Positions 9,388-20,135 of a DNA stretch of 64,000 nucleotides are shown piece by piece. The notes below the pieces were generated by a model. That model saw only the letters and a list, made by a program, of their open reading frames with translations. It had not been told where the DNA came from and searched no databases. The stretch covers positions 11,379 to 75,378 of the forward strand of contig JANWWR010000073.1 in assembly GCA_025055835.1 (NCBI GenBank). Reading direction: 5' to 3'. The stretch's first letter is position 1. Each line of letters starts with the position of its first letter. The translations under genes were made by a program, and so were the position numbers. The DNA comes from Gemmatales bacterium (lineage in GTDB: Bacteria > Planctomycetota > Planctomycetia > Gemmatales > HRBIN36).

Positions 9388-10143
9388 TCACCACGGTGTC
9401 ATTCCGCCGTTGACGCACAGCGTCTGGCCGGTGACGAAGGAGGCTTCCTCGCTGGCGAAGTAGAGCACGGCATAGGCCACGTCCTCCGGCGTGCCCCAGC
9501 GATTGGCCGGAATCAAGGCCCGATACTCGTCCTTCTCTTGTTGCGGAACCTTCTCGTGACGTTCGACGGGAATCCATCCCGGGGCCACGGTGTTGACCGT
9601 GATGCCGAAGGGAGCCAGCTCGCGGGACATGCTGCGGCTCCAGCCGATCTGTCCGCCCTTGGCGGCGACGTAGGCGCTGAACGGAGCGACGGCCCGATGA
9701 AAGACCTCGCTGGTGATGTTGATGATGCGTCCCCAGCGCTGGGCCTTCATGTGGGCCAGTCCCCGCCGCGTCAGCAGATAGGGACTTTTCACGAAGAAAT
9801 CGAGCATGGCCTGATGAAACGCCCAGTCGTACTCCTCGATGGGCTTGAGCGGCTGTTCGCAGGTGGCGTTGGGAACGAGGATGTCCGGCTTGCCGAGTTT
9901 CGCCTCGGTTTCCCGGAACAACTTCTCGACGCCCTCCTCGGTGGTGACGTCCGCCCGCACGAGGATGCTTTCGATTCCTGCATCGTGGAACGCGGCGAAA
10001 TTCCGCTCCGCGCGGGCCTGATTGTTGAAGTAGTTGACGGCGACCTTGGCTCCTGCCTTGCCCAGGGCCAGAGCGATGGCGTGGCCCAGGCCGGTGCTGC
10101 TTCCGGTCACGATGGCGACGTGGTTCTTGAGCGAAAACGGCAT
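9388..10143 (-). CDS. Short-chain dehydrogenase/reductase (FabG-like)
   Basis: 251 aa with TGSSTGLG (TGxxxGxG), S...YVAAK (YxxxK) and a GQTLCVNGG C-terminus. Confidence 0.85.
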   Translation of the reverse strand: MPFSLKNHVAIVTGSSTGLGHAIALALGKAGAKVAVNYFNNQARAERNFAAFHDAGIESILVRADVTTEEGVEKLFRETEAKLGKPDILVPNATCEQPLKPIEEYDWAFHQAMLDFFVKSPYLLTRRGLAHMKAQRWGRIINITSEVFHRAVAPFSAYVAAKGGQIGWSRSMSRELAPFGITVNTVAPGWIPVERHEKVPQQEKDEYRALIPANRWGTPEDVAYAVLYFASEEASFVTGQTLCVNGGMTPW

Positions 10144-10225
10144 GGCGAACCTCTCAGCGATGACGAACGGGGAAGCGAAGAGGCCGACGCCCCATCGCTC
10201 CCCCGGCTGTGGTTATGGATGCGCT

Positions 10226-13012
10226 TTACTTACGAAAATCCCCCGCGGTCACGATGATGAACTTCTGCGGGTCCACGTGGTTGCGGATGGCTGAATTGAC
10301 CTGGTCCACGGTCAGTTCGGCGATCTTGCGTTCCAGATCGTCGTGATAGCGGAAGGTACGCTTGGCGTAGAGGGTGCCGGCGAGCTGCGAAGCCAGCATC
10401 ATCTCCGTGGCGCGGGTGATGTTCTGCTGCTGGAGGTAGCCCTTCTTGGCGGCGTCAAGCTCGGCGGCGGTGATGCCGTCGCGGACCAGCTTCTCCAGTT
10501 CCTCGGCGATGGCTTTTTCCACCTTGCCGATGTTTTCCGGATTGCAGATGGCGAAGATGGCCAAGCTGCCGCGGGCATCATAAGGATCGGCGCTGAAGAT
10601 CGAAGCGACGGTGTAGGAAAGCCCCTCTTTCTGCCGGACGCGGTCACCGAGCCGGGACGACAGCGACCCGCCGCCGAGGATGTAGTTCGCCATGACCATC
10701 GCAGGATATTCGGGATCGTCGTCCCGCATGGCCAGCGGCAGGGCGGCGAAGTACACGGCGTTGGCTTTGTCCGGCGTGGTGAGGGACTGTTTGCTGGCGG
10801 CGGACTTGTCGGCCACGGTGCGTTCGATCCGCTGATACGGCTGCTTGGCTTTCCAGCCGCTGAGCGTTTCGCTGACGATGCTGAGGCACTTGTCCGGGTC
10901 GAAGTCGCCCAGGAGGACGACTTCGACGGCTTGGGCGCCCACGTATTCGTCGTAGAGCTTGCGGACCTGATCGTAGGTCAGGGCCTGCAATTCGGCGATC
11001 TCCTCGTCGATGGTCGGCACATAGCGGACGTCGCCCTTGGGGTAGGGGCTGAGTTGGCGCTGGACGGCCCGGGCGGCCAGGGCGGTCGGCTCGGTACGGG
11101 TCGCTTCCAGATCGGCGAGGCGGTTGCGTTTGAGGATTTCGAATTGCTCCGGCGGGAGCGCCGGTTCGCGCAACACCTGCCGGAGGAGTTCGAGGACCTC
11201 GGGCAGCGTGTCCCGCTTCGCTTGGATGGCGAAACTGATGGAACCGACCTGGCCGGTGGACATGCCCATCAGCCGTCGGCCGCCAAACCCGCCGAAACCT
11301 GTTCCCATGCGGGCCTGGAGCCGGTCCAGTTCGTCTTGCAGCTGTTGATGCGTGAGCTTCCTGGTGCCCCGCAACATGAGGTCGTTGAGAATGCCGCCGG
11401 CGGCGGTGAGGCCCTTGAGGTTTTCGGCGTTGCCGAAGCGCAGCATCACTAAGGCGTAGGCGGCCTGGTTGCGGGTCCGGTAGGGCAGCAAGGCGATCTG
11501 CACGCCGTCGTTGAGTTGGACGCGGCGAATGCGTTTTTCGAGTTCAGCGGGATTGGGGTCCAACGTCTCTCCGGAGGCGACAGCCTCGCGGCCCCGGTAG
11601 TCGGCGACGAGATCGTGGACCTTGGGTGTGGCAGGGATGGCCACGCGCTCCGGTTCCTGGGTCGGAATGAACATGCCGAGGGTGCGATTGTTCCGCCGCA
11701 GGTAAGCGTCGGCGACACGGCGAACGTCCTCCGGCGTGACCTTCTCCAACCGATCCCGATGCAGGAAATACAGCCGCCAGTCACCCTGGGCGGCCCATTC
11801 GCTCAGGCCGATGGCAAGTCGGCTGCTGTCGGCCTGGGCCAGTTCCCGGTTTTTGAGAATCTGCTGCTTGGCCCGTCGCACTTCTTCCTCGGTGAAGCCG
11901 TCAGCGGCGGCCCCTTCGAGGACTTTGAGCATGATGTCCCGAACTTCTTCCAGGTTGCCGTCGCGGTTGACCGTGGCGAGGAACTCGATGACGCCGGGGT
12001 CGTGGAGTGCTGCGGCATCGCCGGACACGCTCGCTGCCTTGCGGGTTTCCACCAATGCCTTGTACAGCCGACCCGAGGGGGCCGTCGTCATCAATTGCTC
12101 CAGTACCTCCAGGGCGGGGTAGTCGGGATGGGGCCCGGCGGGGATGTGATACACGACGCCGACCGCCCCGATGTCGCCGACGCGCCGCAGGATCACGAGC
12201 CGCTCGCCGTCCTGGGCCGGTTCCTCCGTGTAGGTCTGCTGTAGCTTGCGCTCCGGCCTCGGAATGGCCCCGAAGTACTTGTTTACCAGGGCCAAGGCCT
12301 TCGCCTCGTCGAACTTCCCGGCGACGACGACCATCGCATTATCGGGCTGATAATACTTGCGGTAAAAAGCCTGGAGGTTTTCGATCGGTACCCGTTCGAT
12401 GTCGCTGCGATTGCCGATCACCGTCTTGCCGTAGTTGTGCCACTCGTAAGCCGTCGCCATGATCCGCTGGCTGAGGATATTCAGCGGCGAGTTCTCGCCC
12501 ATCTCGAACTCATTGCGGACGACGGTCATCTCGGAGAGCAGATCTTCCCGCTTGATGTAGCTGTTGACCATGCGGTCGGCTTCGAGGCGGATGGCGAATT
12601 CCAGGTTTTCATCCGAGGCAGGAAGCGTCTCGAAGTAGTTGGTGCGGTCATAGGAGGTGGTGCCGTTGAAGCGAGCGCCGCGGTCCTGAAGGGCCTTGGG
12701 AATGTTGGGGTGGGTTGGCGTGCCCTTGAAGACCATGTGTTCAAGCAGATGGGCCATGCCGGTCTCGCCGTAGCCTTCGTGGCGGCTGCCGACGAAGATG
12801 GTCAGGTTGACCGTGACCGTCGGCTTGGAAGGATCGGGAAAGAGCAGAACCTGCATGCCATTGTGCAGGCGATATTCCGTGATCCCCTCGACCGTGGTGA
12901 TCTTCCGGGGCGGAGGCGGTTCCGCGGCTTGGACCAAGCTCAGGCCCGCGGAGGTCAGCAACAAACTCAGAATCAGCCCGGTACGCATGCCACTCCCTTT
13001 CTTGGCCACCAA
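10226..13012 (-). CDS. Secreted tandem M16 (pitrilysin/insulinase) family zinc peptidase
   Basis: 928 aa with HLLEHMVFKGT (the HxxEH inverted zinc motif) and two M16 active/inactive unit pairs. Signal peptide MRTGLILSLLLTSAGLSLVQA (alternative start 12988). Confidence 0.85.
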   Translation of the reverse strand: MVAKKGSGMRTGLILSLLLTSAGLSLVQAAEPPPPRKITTVEGITEYRLHNGMQVLLFPDPSKPTVTVNLTIFVGSRHEGYGETGMAHLLEHMVFKGTPTHPNIPKALQDRGARFNGTTSYDRTNYFETLPASDENLEFAIRLEADRMVNSYIKREDLLSEMTVVRNEFEMGENSPLNILSQRIMATAYEWHNYGKTVIGNRSDIERVPIENLQAFYRKYYQPDNAMVVVAGKFDEAKALALVNKYFGAIPRPERKLQQTYTEEPAQDGERLVILRRVGDIGAVGVVYHIPAGPHPDYPALEVLEQLMTTAPSGRLYKALVETRKAASVSGDAAALHDPGVIEFLATVNRDGNLEEVRDIMLKVLEGAAADGFTEEEVRRAKQQILKNRELAQADSSRLAIGLSEWAAQGDWRLYFLHRDRLEKVTPEDVRRVADAYLRRNNRTLGMFIPTQEPERVAIPATPKVHDLVADYRGREAVASGETLDPNPAELEKRIRRVQLNDGVQIALLPYRTRNQAAYALVMLRFGNAENLKGLTAAGGILNDLMLRGTRKLTHQQLQDELDRLQARMGTGFGGFGGRRLMGMSTGQVGSISFAIQAKRDTLPEVLELLRQVLREPALPPEQFEILKRNRLADLEATRTEPTALAARAVQRQLSPYPKGDVRYVPTIDEEIAELQALTYDQVRKLYDEYVGAQAVEVVLLGDFDPDKCLSIVSETLSGWKAKQPYQRIERTVADKSAASKQSLTTPDKANAVYFAALPLAMRDDDPEYPAMVMANYILGGGSLSSRLGDRVRQKEGLSYTVASIFSADPYDARGSLAIFAICNPENIGKVEKAIAEELEKLVRDGITAAELDAAKKGYLQQQNITRATEMMLASQLAGTLYAKRTFRYHDDLERKIAELTVDQVNSAIRNHVDPQKFIIVTAGDFRK

Positions 13013-13021
13013 GGAAAAGAA

Positions 13022-13504
13022 TCAATCCACGCGGAAGGGCGAATCGGGTTTTTCTTCGTGCCGGATCTCATCGACCGGCTCTTTCCGGCCCGGGCCTTTG
13101 TACAGGCGGTTTGCGAGATTCACGACCCAGCCCGGGACGTTGCCAATGTTCTTGTACGCATGAACGACGCCGGGCGGCACAACGACCGCCATCGGGTTCT
13201 CGATCCCGACGACGACTTCCTGCCGAACGCCGAACGTCTCCGAACCCGGGCGATTATCCCAAAGATACAGGCGGAAGTTGGATGGGCCGAAAAAACAGAA
13301 GTAATCCGCCTGGTCCACATGTTCATGGGGGCCGCGGACAACTCCCGGCAGCGTTTCGGAAACGTAGCCCATGACCGGGTGATATTCCGGCGGCACTTCG
13401 TCTTCACGGTACAGTTCACTGAGCCAGCCGCGATGGTCGGAGAAGCGTTTGAGCGGCTTCCAGATTACGCCGGCGATGATGCCGTCTCGGAATGTCGTTG
13501 GCAT
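13022..13504 (-). CDS. RmlC-like cupin (dTDP-4-dehydrorhamnose 3,5-epimerase family)
   Basis: KPLKRFSDHRGWLSELY ... RGPHEH ... VPPGVVHAYKN resembles the sugar-nucleotide epimerase cupin fold. ATG at 13504; the track uses TTG at 13519. Confidence 0.6.
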   Translation of the reverse strand: MPTTFRDGIIAGVIWKPLKRFSDHRGWLSELYREDEVPPEYHPVMGYVSETLPGVVRGPHEHVDQADYFCFFGPSNFRLYLWDNRPGSETFGVRQEVVVGIENPMAVVVPPGVVHAYKNIGNVPGWVVNLANRLYKGPGRKEPVDEIRHEEKPDSPFRVD

Positions 13505-13639
13505 GGCGATGACGCTCAACTGGCTGCTTCGGAATCCTGTTGGTTGTCCTCGGCCCGCGGCTTGCCCACTATCTTATTGTCCGAGTTCCGAGATGCTATG
13601 TAACGGCCTCTCGGGACGAACAGTCACGGCCAGAAGCGG

Positions 13640-14608
13640 ATGAGGTCAGCGATGACGAGGCGACCGTTGGTTTTGTTGGCGGCTTGGATGGCCGAGGAAG
13701 TTCGGCAGCAGCTTGCCGGGCAATTTCCCGAGTGCCGCTTTGAGGACGCTCGGGATCGCGCGGTTTTGGAACGCCTGCTGCCGGAAGCCGAGATCGTGTA
13801 CGGTATTCCTCCCGCGGAGTTGCTGGCCAAGGCCGAGCACCTGCGCTGGATTCAACTCCCGGCCGCCGGAGTGCCTTGGGATCTGTGCGATGCTCTGAAA
13901 GATCGCAACGTTATCGTGACCAACCTGGCGGGCCTGTACGGGCCGACGATTGCCGAACACGCTCTGGGTCTGATGCTGGCCGTGTCACGCAATTTTCACG
14001 TCGCTTTTCGGCAGCAGAGCGAGCGGACCTGGCAGCGGGACCTGTCCAAAACCATGCGGGACCTGCACGGTCGGACGGCTGCCATCGTCGGCGTGGGAAA
14101 CATCGGCCAGAACATCGCCCGGCTGTGCCGCTGCTTCGGAATGCGGGTCGTCGGCTGCCGCCGGACCACGCAGATGACCCCGCACGTGGACCAGCTGTAT
14201 CCCTGCGAACGGGTCAAGGAGATGGTCAGCGAGGCGGATTACGTTGTCGTGGCCGCTCCGCTGACCCGGCAAACGCGGGGGATGCTGGGTCCGGCGGAGT
14301 TCTCCGCGATGAAACCGGGCACGATCTACGTCAACGTCTCCCGCGGGGCGGTGGCCGAAGAGCAAGCTTTGCTGGACGCCCTTCGCTCGGGGCATCTGTT
14401 CGGAGCGGGCCTGGACGTGTTCGCTGTCGAGCCGCTGCCGCCGGAACATCCCTTGTGGACCATGCCGAATGTCATCATCACGCCGCACTACAGCGGGGAG
14501 ACGGTGAACCAGTCGGCCCAACCGGGACATTTGTTCATCCGCAATCTTCGCCGATTCCTCAAAAACGAAGAAATCGGACATCGGGTGAACCTCGAAGCGG
14601 GATATTGA
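13640..14608 (+). CDS. D-isomer-specific 2-hydroxyacid dehydrogenase (NAD-binding)
   Basis: 322 aa with GVGNIGQNIA (GxGxxG), NVSRGAVAEEQAL, and GAGLDVF..EPLP..HPLW...ITPH catalytic R/E/H context. Confidence 0.85.
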   Translation: MRSAMTRRPLVLLAAWMAEEVRQQLAGQFPECRFEDARDRAVLERLLPEAEIVYGIPPAELLAKAEHLRWIQLPAAGVPWDLCDALKDRNVIVTNLAGLYGPTIAEHALGLMLAVSRNFHVAFRQQSERTWQRDLSKTMRDLHGRTAAIVGVGNIGQNIARLCRCFGMRVVGCRRTTQMTPHVDQLYPCERVKEMVSEADYVVVAAPLTRQTRGMLGPAEFSAMKPGTIYVNVSRGAVAEEQALLDALRSGHLFGAGLDVFAVEPLPPEHPLWTMPNVIITPHYSGETVNQSAQPGHLFIRNLRRFLKNEEIGHRVNLEAGY

Positions 14609-14772
14609 TATCAAAGCTTTGCGCCTACGTTGCGCGCTGACCGCGGTAAAATGGCCCGTTTAGTGAAATGCTCTTGAAGTTTTGCTCAATAACGGTTCTC
14701 CCAGGGCTGGCGATTTGGTAAGGTAGTGGGAGTAGGTAGAGTGCTTCAGACCTGGTTCTGCGGAGACGCGTT

Positions 14773-16554
14773 GTGACAGCCGGCTGTCCATCATCCTCTG
14801 GTTCTTCCACGATTCGTCACGCCTCGGGGGCCGATCTGCTGGTCGAATGTCTGGTCCGCAACGGCGTCGAGGTCGTGTTCGCCTATCCGGGCGGGGCCAG
14901 CATGCCGATCCACCAGGCCCTGACCCGCTGGGAGCATAAAATCCGCACGATTCTGCCCCGGCACGAGCAGGGTGGCGGGTTCATGGCCGAGGGCTACGCC
15001 CGGAGCACGGGGCGGGTCGGCGTCTGCATCGCCACCAGCGGACCGGGCGCGACCAACTTCGTCACCTGTCTGGCCGACGCCAAGATGGACTCGGTTCCGC
15101 TGGTCGCCATCACGGGACAGGTGCCGACGCCGGTCATCGGCACGGACGCCTTTCAAGAAACTCCCATCGTCGAAATCTGCCGTTCCATCACGAAACACCA
15201 TTACCTCGTGACCCGTACCGAGGACATTCCGCGGGTGGTCAAGGAAGCGTTCTACGTGGCCAGTACGGGGCGGCCCGGTCCGGTGCTGATCGACCTGCCC
15301 AAGGATGTGCAGAACCGCTGCATCACAGCGGATCTCGATCCGCCGATCAACCTGCCGGGCTATCGGCCCCATCGTCGCGCCAAGCGGGAAGAACTGCTCA
15401 AGGTCATGGAGCTGATCCGGCAGAGCCGCAAGCCGATCATCTACGCCGGGGGCGGCATCATCCACGCCAACGCAGGACATCTTTTGCGGGCCTTCGCTGA
15501 GAAGACCTGCATTCCCGTCGCTCTGACCCTCATGGGACTGGGCAGCTTCCCGAGCAGCCATTACCTGTGCCTCCAGATGCTTGGCATGCACGGCACGGTT
15601 TACGCCAACTACGCCATCAACGAGGCGGACTTGCTGTTAGCCCTGGGCGTCCGCTTCGATGACCGCGTGACCGGCAAGGTCAGCGAATTCTGCAAACACG
15701 GCAAAATCGTCCACATCGACATCGATCCCGCCGAACTGAACAAGTGCAAGCCGGCCCTGGTGCCAATCGCCGGCGACGTCGGCCTGGCCCTTCAGGACAT
15801 GCTGGAGATGGTCGAGCAGGGATTGCATCTCGACCCGGGAGAGAGTCCCGGCGGCAAGCATGCCGACTGGCTCCGGCAAATTGAGTACTGGCGGGAGACG
15901 GAACCGCTGTCCTATCGGGATCGCGACGATGCCATTCTGGCCCAGTACGCCATCGAGCGGCTGTGGCAGATCATCCGCGACCGTGGGCAGTTGAGGAACA
16001 CGATCATCACGACCGGCGTTGGCCAGCATCAGATGTGGGCGGCCCAGTATTACCGGTTCGAGGCGCCGCGGACCTGGTTCACGTCGGGCGGACTGGGAGC
16101 AATGGGCTTCGGCCTGCCGGCCGCCATCGGAGCCAAGGCCGCCTGCCCGGACAAGACGGTCATCGACATCGACGGCGACGGCAGCTTCCTGATGAACATT
16201 CAGGAATTAGCCACCGCTTACGTCGAAAAGCTGCCGGTCAAAGTGCTCTTGCTCAACAACCAGCATCTCGGCATGGTGGTGCAGTGGGAGGACCGCTTCT
16301 ACCAGAGCAACCGGGCACACACCTACCTGGGCGCGGGACCGGACGAAGACCCGTATCCCGATTTCGTGAAGCTGGCCCACGGCTTCCGCTGCGGAGCGAA
16401 GTCAGTGCGGGAAAAGGCGGACCTCGACGAGGCCATCGAGGAGATGCTGGACGCCACGGGGCCTTATGTGCTCGAGGTCATGGTGCCGTACCAGGAACAT
16501 GTGCTGCCCATGATTCCCAGCGGGCATACGGTGCGGGACATCATCAAGGCGTGA
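14773..16554 (+). CDS. ilvB: Acetolactate synthase (acetohydroxyacid synthase) large subunit
   Basis: 593 aa with a GTG start. [33 protein letters not shown] and TPP motif [16 protein letters not shown]...[10 protein letters not shown]. Confidence 0.92.
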   Translation: MTAGCPSSSGSSTIRHASGADLLVECLVRNGVEVVFAYPGGASMPIHQALTRWEHKIRTILPRHEQGGGFMAEGYARSTGRVGVCIATSGPGATNFVTCLADAKMDSVPLVAITGQVPTPVIGTDAFQETPIVEICRSITKHHYLVTRTEDIPRVVKEAFYVASTGRPGPVLIDLPKDVQNRCITADLDPPINLPGYRPHRRAKREELLKVMELIRQSRKPIIYAGGGIIHANAGHLLRAFAEKTCIPVALTLMGLGSFPSSHYLCLQMLGMHGTVYANYAINEADLLLALGVRFDDRVTGKVSEFCKHGKIVHIDIDPAELNKCKPALVPIAGDVGLALQDMLEMVEQGLHLDPGESPGGKHADWLRQIEYWRETEPLSYRDRDDAILAQYAIERLWQIIRDRGQLRNTIITTGVGQHQMWAAQYYRFEAPRTWFTSGGLGAMGFGLPAAIGAKAACPDKTVIDIDGDGSFLMNIQELATAYVEKLPVKVLLLNNQHLGMVVQWEDRFYQSNRAHTYLGAGPDEDPYPDFVKLAHGFRCGAKSVREKADLDEAIEEMLDATGPYVLEVMVPYQEHVLPMIPSGHTVRDIIKA

Positions 16555-16603
16555 CGGGCGGATTGAGTTCAGGACCAAGTCAATTGACGAAACGAGGCCG
16601 GCC

Positions 16604-16975
16604 ATGCGAGGCGATGCGATTCATGTCATGCATTCGTTGTTTCTGCCAGCTTGCGAGTGTTGTCAGGAAGCGAGCTGGAAACCTCCCGCGGACATTTATC
16701 GCACTCGGCGAGGTTGGCTGGTCAAGTTCGATCTGGCGGGGGTGCGGCCGGAGGACGTTCGACTCAAGGCTCACGGTCGGCGGCTGGAGATCGAGGGGAC
16801 CCGGCGCGATTGGAGCATCAGCGAAGATTGTCTGATGTATCACATGGAAATTGCCTACAATCACTTCCATCGGCAGTTAGAATTGCCCTGCGAGGTGAAC
16901 GAGGCCGACATCCGCCAGGAGTTCCGGGACGGCATGTTGTTCGTGTTGATTCCGGAGGCAGCCGCCTCCGCCTGA
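16604..16975 (+). CDS. Hsp20/alpha-crystallin family small heat-shock protein
   Basis: 123 aa with alpha-crystallin domain PPADIYRTRRGWLVKFDLAGVRPEDVRLKAHGRRLEIEG...FHRQLELP...GMLFVLIP. Confidence 0.8.
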   Translation: MRGDAIHVMHSLFLPACECCQEASWKPPADIYRTRRGWLVKFDLAGVRPEDVRLKAHGRRLEIEGTRRDWSISEDCLMYHMEIAYNHFHRQLELPCEVNEADIRQEFRDGMLFVLIPEAAASA

Positions 16976-16993
16976 CCGGCCCGGACTGCCCGC

Positions 16994-17028
16994 GGATCAA
17001 GGCCCGCTCTCCTTGGACCCCTTGATCC
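16994..17028 (+). other. Perfect 9-bp stem hairpin between hsp20 and lon
   Basis: GGATCAAGG (16994-17002) pairs with CCTTGATCC (17020-17028) around a 17-nt loop. It ends 21 nt upstream of the lon ATG, with no U-tract. Confidence 0.4.
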
Positions 17029-17048
17029 CCGGAGCAACCCGAGCAGTC

Positions 17049-19502
17049 ATGACCGATCAACCTGTGCCCGCCCTGCAAAACCCGGAAACGCTACCCGTCC
17101 TTCCGATCAAGAATACGGTCCTGTTCCCATACCTTTTCCTTCCGCTTTCCATTGGCCGACCGGCTTCGGTCGCGGCCGTGGAAGCCGCCTTGGCCACCGA
17201 AGAGAAGACCTTCGTTGTCGTCGCCCAGCGCGACCAGCAGCAGGAACACCTCTCCGAAACCGACATTTACACCATCGGCACCAAGGCGATGGCCAAGAAG
17301 ATGGCCCGCCGGGACGGCCATCTGGAAATCCTTGTCCAAGGCATCGAGCGGGTCGTCATCGTCAAAGTGGTGCAGACCGAGCCATATCTGAAGGCCAAGG
17401 TCCAAACGCTGCCCCTGCCCGACGACACTGGCACGGAAGTCGAAGCCCTGACCCGCAGCATCGTCGAACTGGCCACGAAGGCCCTGACGCTGGCGAATCC
17501 GGAATCCCCGGTGGACATTCAGGGGCTAGCCTCCCAGGCGAAGCAGCCGCTGCAACTGGCCTACCTGCTTGGCTCGATGCTCAGCCTCAGCGTGCCGCAG
17601 GAGCAGGCTCTCTTGGAAGCGCCGACGCAGCTGGAAGCGCTGCGGCTGTTGCACGGCTATTTGACCCACGAGGTGCAGGTCCTGGAAATCCGCCAGCAGA
17701 TCGCGTCCCAGGCCCAGACGGCGATGTCGCAGGAGCAACGGCAATACTACCTGCGTCAGCAGATGGAAGCGATCCGCAAGGAATTGGGCGAGACCACGCC
17801 GGAGCGGGCCGAGGTCGAGACCCTCCGCGAACGGCTCCACCAGGCCGACATCCCCGACGAGGTCCGCAAAGAGGCGGAGCGGGAACTGTCCCGTCTGGAG
17901 CGGACGCCGCCCATGGCTCCCGACTTCCAAGTCACCCGCACCTATCTGGAACTGATTCTGGAACTGCCCTGGAAAAAGGAAACCGAGGACAACCTCGATC
18001 TTCATCACGCCCGGCAGATTCTCGACAAGGACCATTACGACCTGGAAGACGTCAAGGAGCGGATCCTGGAACACCTTGCGGTCCTCAAGCTCAATCCCAA
18101 GGCGAATGCCCCGATTCTGTGCTTTGTCGGTCCTCCGGGCGTCGGCAAAACGTCGCTGGGTCAGTCCATCGCTCGGGCCTTGGGCCGGAAGTTCGAGCGG
18201 CTGAGCCTGGGCGGCTTGCACGATGAAGCGGAGTTGCGCGGCCATCGCCGGACCTACATCGGAGCGATGCCGGGCCGGATCATCCAGGCGTTGCGGCGGG
18301 CTGGCGTCCGCAATCCCCTGTTGATGCTCGACGAAGTGGACAAGCTCGGCGAAAGCCACTACCGCGGCGATCCGGCGGCGGCTTTGCTGGAAATCCTCGA
18401 CCCCGCCCAGAATCACACGTTCCGAGATAACTATCTTGATCTGCCGTTCGATCTCTCGCGGGTGTTCTTCATCACCACGGCTAACACGCTTCATGCGATT
18501 CCGACGCCGCTTTTGGACCGGATGGAGGTGCTGAGGCTTTCGGGGTATACGCAGGAAGAGAAGGAACACATTGCTCGGCGGTTTCTGATTCCGCGGCAAT
18601 TGGCCAACGCCGGTCTGACACCCGAGCAGCTCGTGATTCCCGATGAAACGCTGCGGGCCGTGATCCGGCGCTACACCCGGGAGGCTGGCGTCCGGGAGTT
18701 GGACCGGATGCTGGGTTCCCTGGTCCGGAAAGTGGCGTTGCTGCGGGTCGAGAAGCAGGTCGAACACGTCACGATTACGCCGGACCAGTTGCCGGAAATG
18801 CTCGGCCCGGAACGGTTCTTCGAAGAAAAGACCCGAACGACCCTGGAGCCGGGAGTAGCGACCGGCCTGGCCTGGACCGAGGCGGGCGGCGAAGTGCTTT
18901 ACGTGGAGGCCTTGGTCATCTGGGGAGTTTCGGGGTTGGAATTGACGGGTCAGCTAGGCCGGGTCATGAAGGAATCCGCGCAGGCGGCTCTCAGCTACGT
19001 CCGTTCCCACGCCGCGGAGTTCGGCATTCCGATGAAGCTGTTCAAGCGCTGCGGAATCCACATCCACGTTCCCAAGGGCGCGGTGCCCAAGGACGGTCCC
19101 TCCGCGGGGGTGGCCATCGTGACGGCGCTGGCCTCGGTGTTGACGGGTCGGCCGGCCCGAGCGGACACGGCCATGACCGGTGAGATCACGCTCACCGGTC
19201 TGGTCCTGCCCGTCGGTGGCATCAAGGAAAAAGTCCTGGCCGCTCATCGGGCCGGGATTCGCCGCGTCGTTCTGCCCAAGGCCAACCAAGGTGATCTGGT
19301 GAAATTGCCGGATCAGGTCCGGAAGGACATTGAGATCGTCTTGGTCGAAAACATCTCCGAAGCGCTCAAGGAAACGCTGACCGATCAGCCGGTTCGAGTG
19401 CCGACAATGGACCAGATGGAAGACGGCGAGGCTCCCAAGGAGTCCGTAGAGTCAGCCCGACAGGCCGCGGCTCCGGCGTCGGCCCAGCAGCCGCCTGCTT
19501 GA
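17049..19502 (+). CDS. lon: ATP-dependent Lon protease (endopeptidase La)
   Basis: LON N-domain ([13 protein letters not shown]), Walker [10 protein letters not shown] and catalytic [18 protein letters not shown] at 17049 is preferred over the track TTG at 17013. Confidence 0.95.
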   Translation: MTDQPVPALQNPETLPVLPIKNTVLFPYLFLPLSIGRPASVAAVEAALATEEKTFVVVAQRDQQQEHLSETDIYTIGTKAMAKKMARRDGHLEILVQGIERVVIVKVVQTEPYLKAKVQTLPLPDDTGTEVEALTRSIVELATKALTLANPESPVDIQGLASQAKQPLQLAYLLGSMLSLSVPQEQALLEAPTQLEALRLLHGYLTHEVQVLEIRQQIASQAQTAMSQEQRQYYLRQQMEAIRKELGETTPERAEVETLRERLHQADIPDEVRKEAERELSRLERTPPMAPDFQVTRTYLELILELPWKKETEDNLDLHHARQILDKDHYDLEDVKERILEHLAVLKLNPKANAPILCFVGPPGVGKTSLGQSIARALGRKFERLSLGGLHDEAELRGHRRTYIGAMPGRIIQALRRAGVRNPLLMLDEVDKLGESHYRGDPAAALLEILDPAQNHTFRDNYLDLPFDLSRVFFITTANTLHAIPTPLLDRMEVLRLSGYTQEEKEHIARRFLIPRQLANAGLTPEQLVIPDETLRAVIRRYTREAGVRELDRMLGSLVRKVALLRVEKQVEHVTITPDQLPEMLGPERFFEEKTRTTLEPGVATGLAWTEAGGEVLYVEALVIWGVSGLELTGQLGRVMKESAQAALSYVRSHAAEFGIPMKLFKRCGIHIHVPKGAVPKDGPSAGVAIVTALASVLTGRPARADTAMTGEITLTGLVLPVGGIKEKVLAAHRAGIRRVVLPKANQGDLVKLPDQVRKDIEIVLVENISEALKETLTDQPVRVPTMDQMEDGEAPKESVESARQAAAPASAQQPPA

Positions 19503-19518
19503 TGTTGCTCTTGATCGC

Positions 19519-20031
19519 CTATTTGATCTTGAGCAGTTCGACCTCGAAGGTCAGTTCGGCGTTGGGCGGAATGACCCCGCCGGCTCCCCGGGAGCCGTAG
19601 GCCAGGTCCGGCGGGATGATGAGCTTGCGTTTGCCGCCGACCTTCATCCCGGCCACGCCTTCGTCCCAGCCCTTGATGACACGCCCGGCTCCCAACGGAA
19701 ACGAGAACGGCTTGCCGCGGTCGAGGCTGCTGTCAAACTTCTTGCCGTCCTTGAGCCAGCCGGTGTAATGCACTTCGACCGTATCGCCCTTCTTGGCCTC
19801 CGGTCCCGTACCTTCCTTGAGGTCCACATACTTCAGTCCGGATGGCGTGGTGATCACTTTTTCCTCCTTGTTGTCGGTCCCGAAGGCACAGCCGAGAGCC
19901 ACGAAGGTCGAAACTGCCAATACGACAAGCGACGACTTGAGTCCCGTCACCAATCTCACGCCTGGTCCCCTTTGCTGAAAAAGCATTGCGGTTCCCGCCC
20001 TGGTTCGACGCATGGACCCAGAGCGGATCAT
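19519..20031 (-). CDS. FKBP-type peptidyl-prolyl isomerase, probable lipoprotein
   Basis: 170 aa with FKBP core [21 protein letters not shown]...[29 protein letters not shown]. Lipobox-like VALGC after the hydrophobic segment. Confidence 0.9.
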   Translation of the reverse strand: MIRSGSMRRTRAGTAMLFQQRGPGVRLVTGLKSSLVVLAVSTFVALGCAFGTDNKEEKVITTPSGLKYVDLKEGTGPEAKKGDTVEVHYTGWLKDGKKFDSSLDRGKPFSFPLGAGRVIKGWDEGVAGMKVGGKRKLIIPPDLAYGSRGAGGVIPPNAELTFEVELLKIK

Positions 20032-20062
20032 CCCGGGCTTTATACAGGCGGAGGGTGCGGGG

Positions 20063-20071
20063 TGCTACAAT
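20063..20071 (+). promoter_or_regulatory. Extended -10-like element (TGcTACAAT) upstream of the acyl-CoA dehydrogenase gene
   Basis: tgctacaat at 20063-20071, 65 nt upstream of the ATG at 20136, in a divergent intergenic region. No good -35. Confidence 0.3.
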
Positions 20072-20135
20072 AGCGGCACTATTGGCTGATCAGAAAGTGC
20101 CCCCGGAAGAGGGTTGAGCAACTGGAGACTGAGCC

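Noticed and set aside
10169-10204. Imperfect hairpin between the M16 peptidase and SDR genes (minus strand), considered as a terminator
   Set aside because: The stem has a bulge (ggggagcga / tcgcttcccc) and no U-tract follows on the minus-strand transcript. That is too weak to call and may be only an mRNA structure.
14609-14772. Lower-GC 164-nt leader region before ilvB, considered as a riboswitch, T-box or leader peptide
   Set aside because: I could not find a conserved riboswitch core, a branched-chain-rich leader ORF or a terminator/antiterminator pair by eye. Covariance-model scanning would be needed to exclude these.
16555-17048. Search for CIRCE (TTAGCACTC-N9-GAGTGCTAA) or ROSE-type elements around hsp20 and lon
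   Set aside because: No match was seen. Only the 9-bp hairpin at 16994-17028 was found, and it is reported separately at low confidence.
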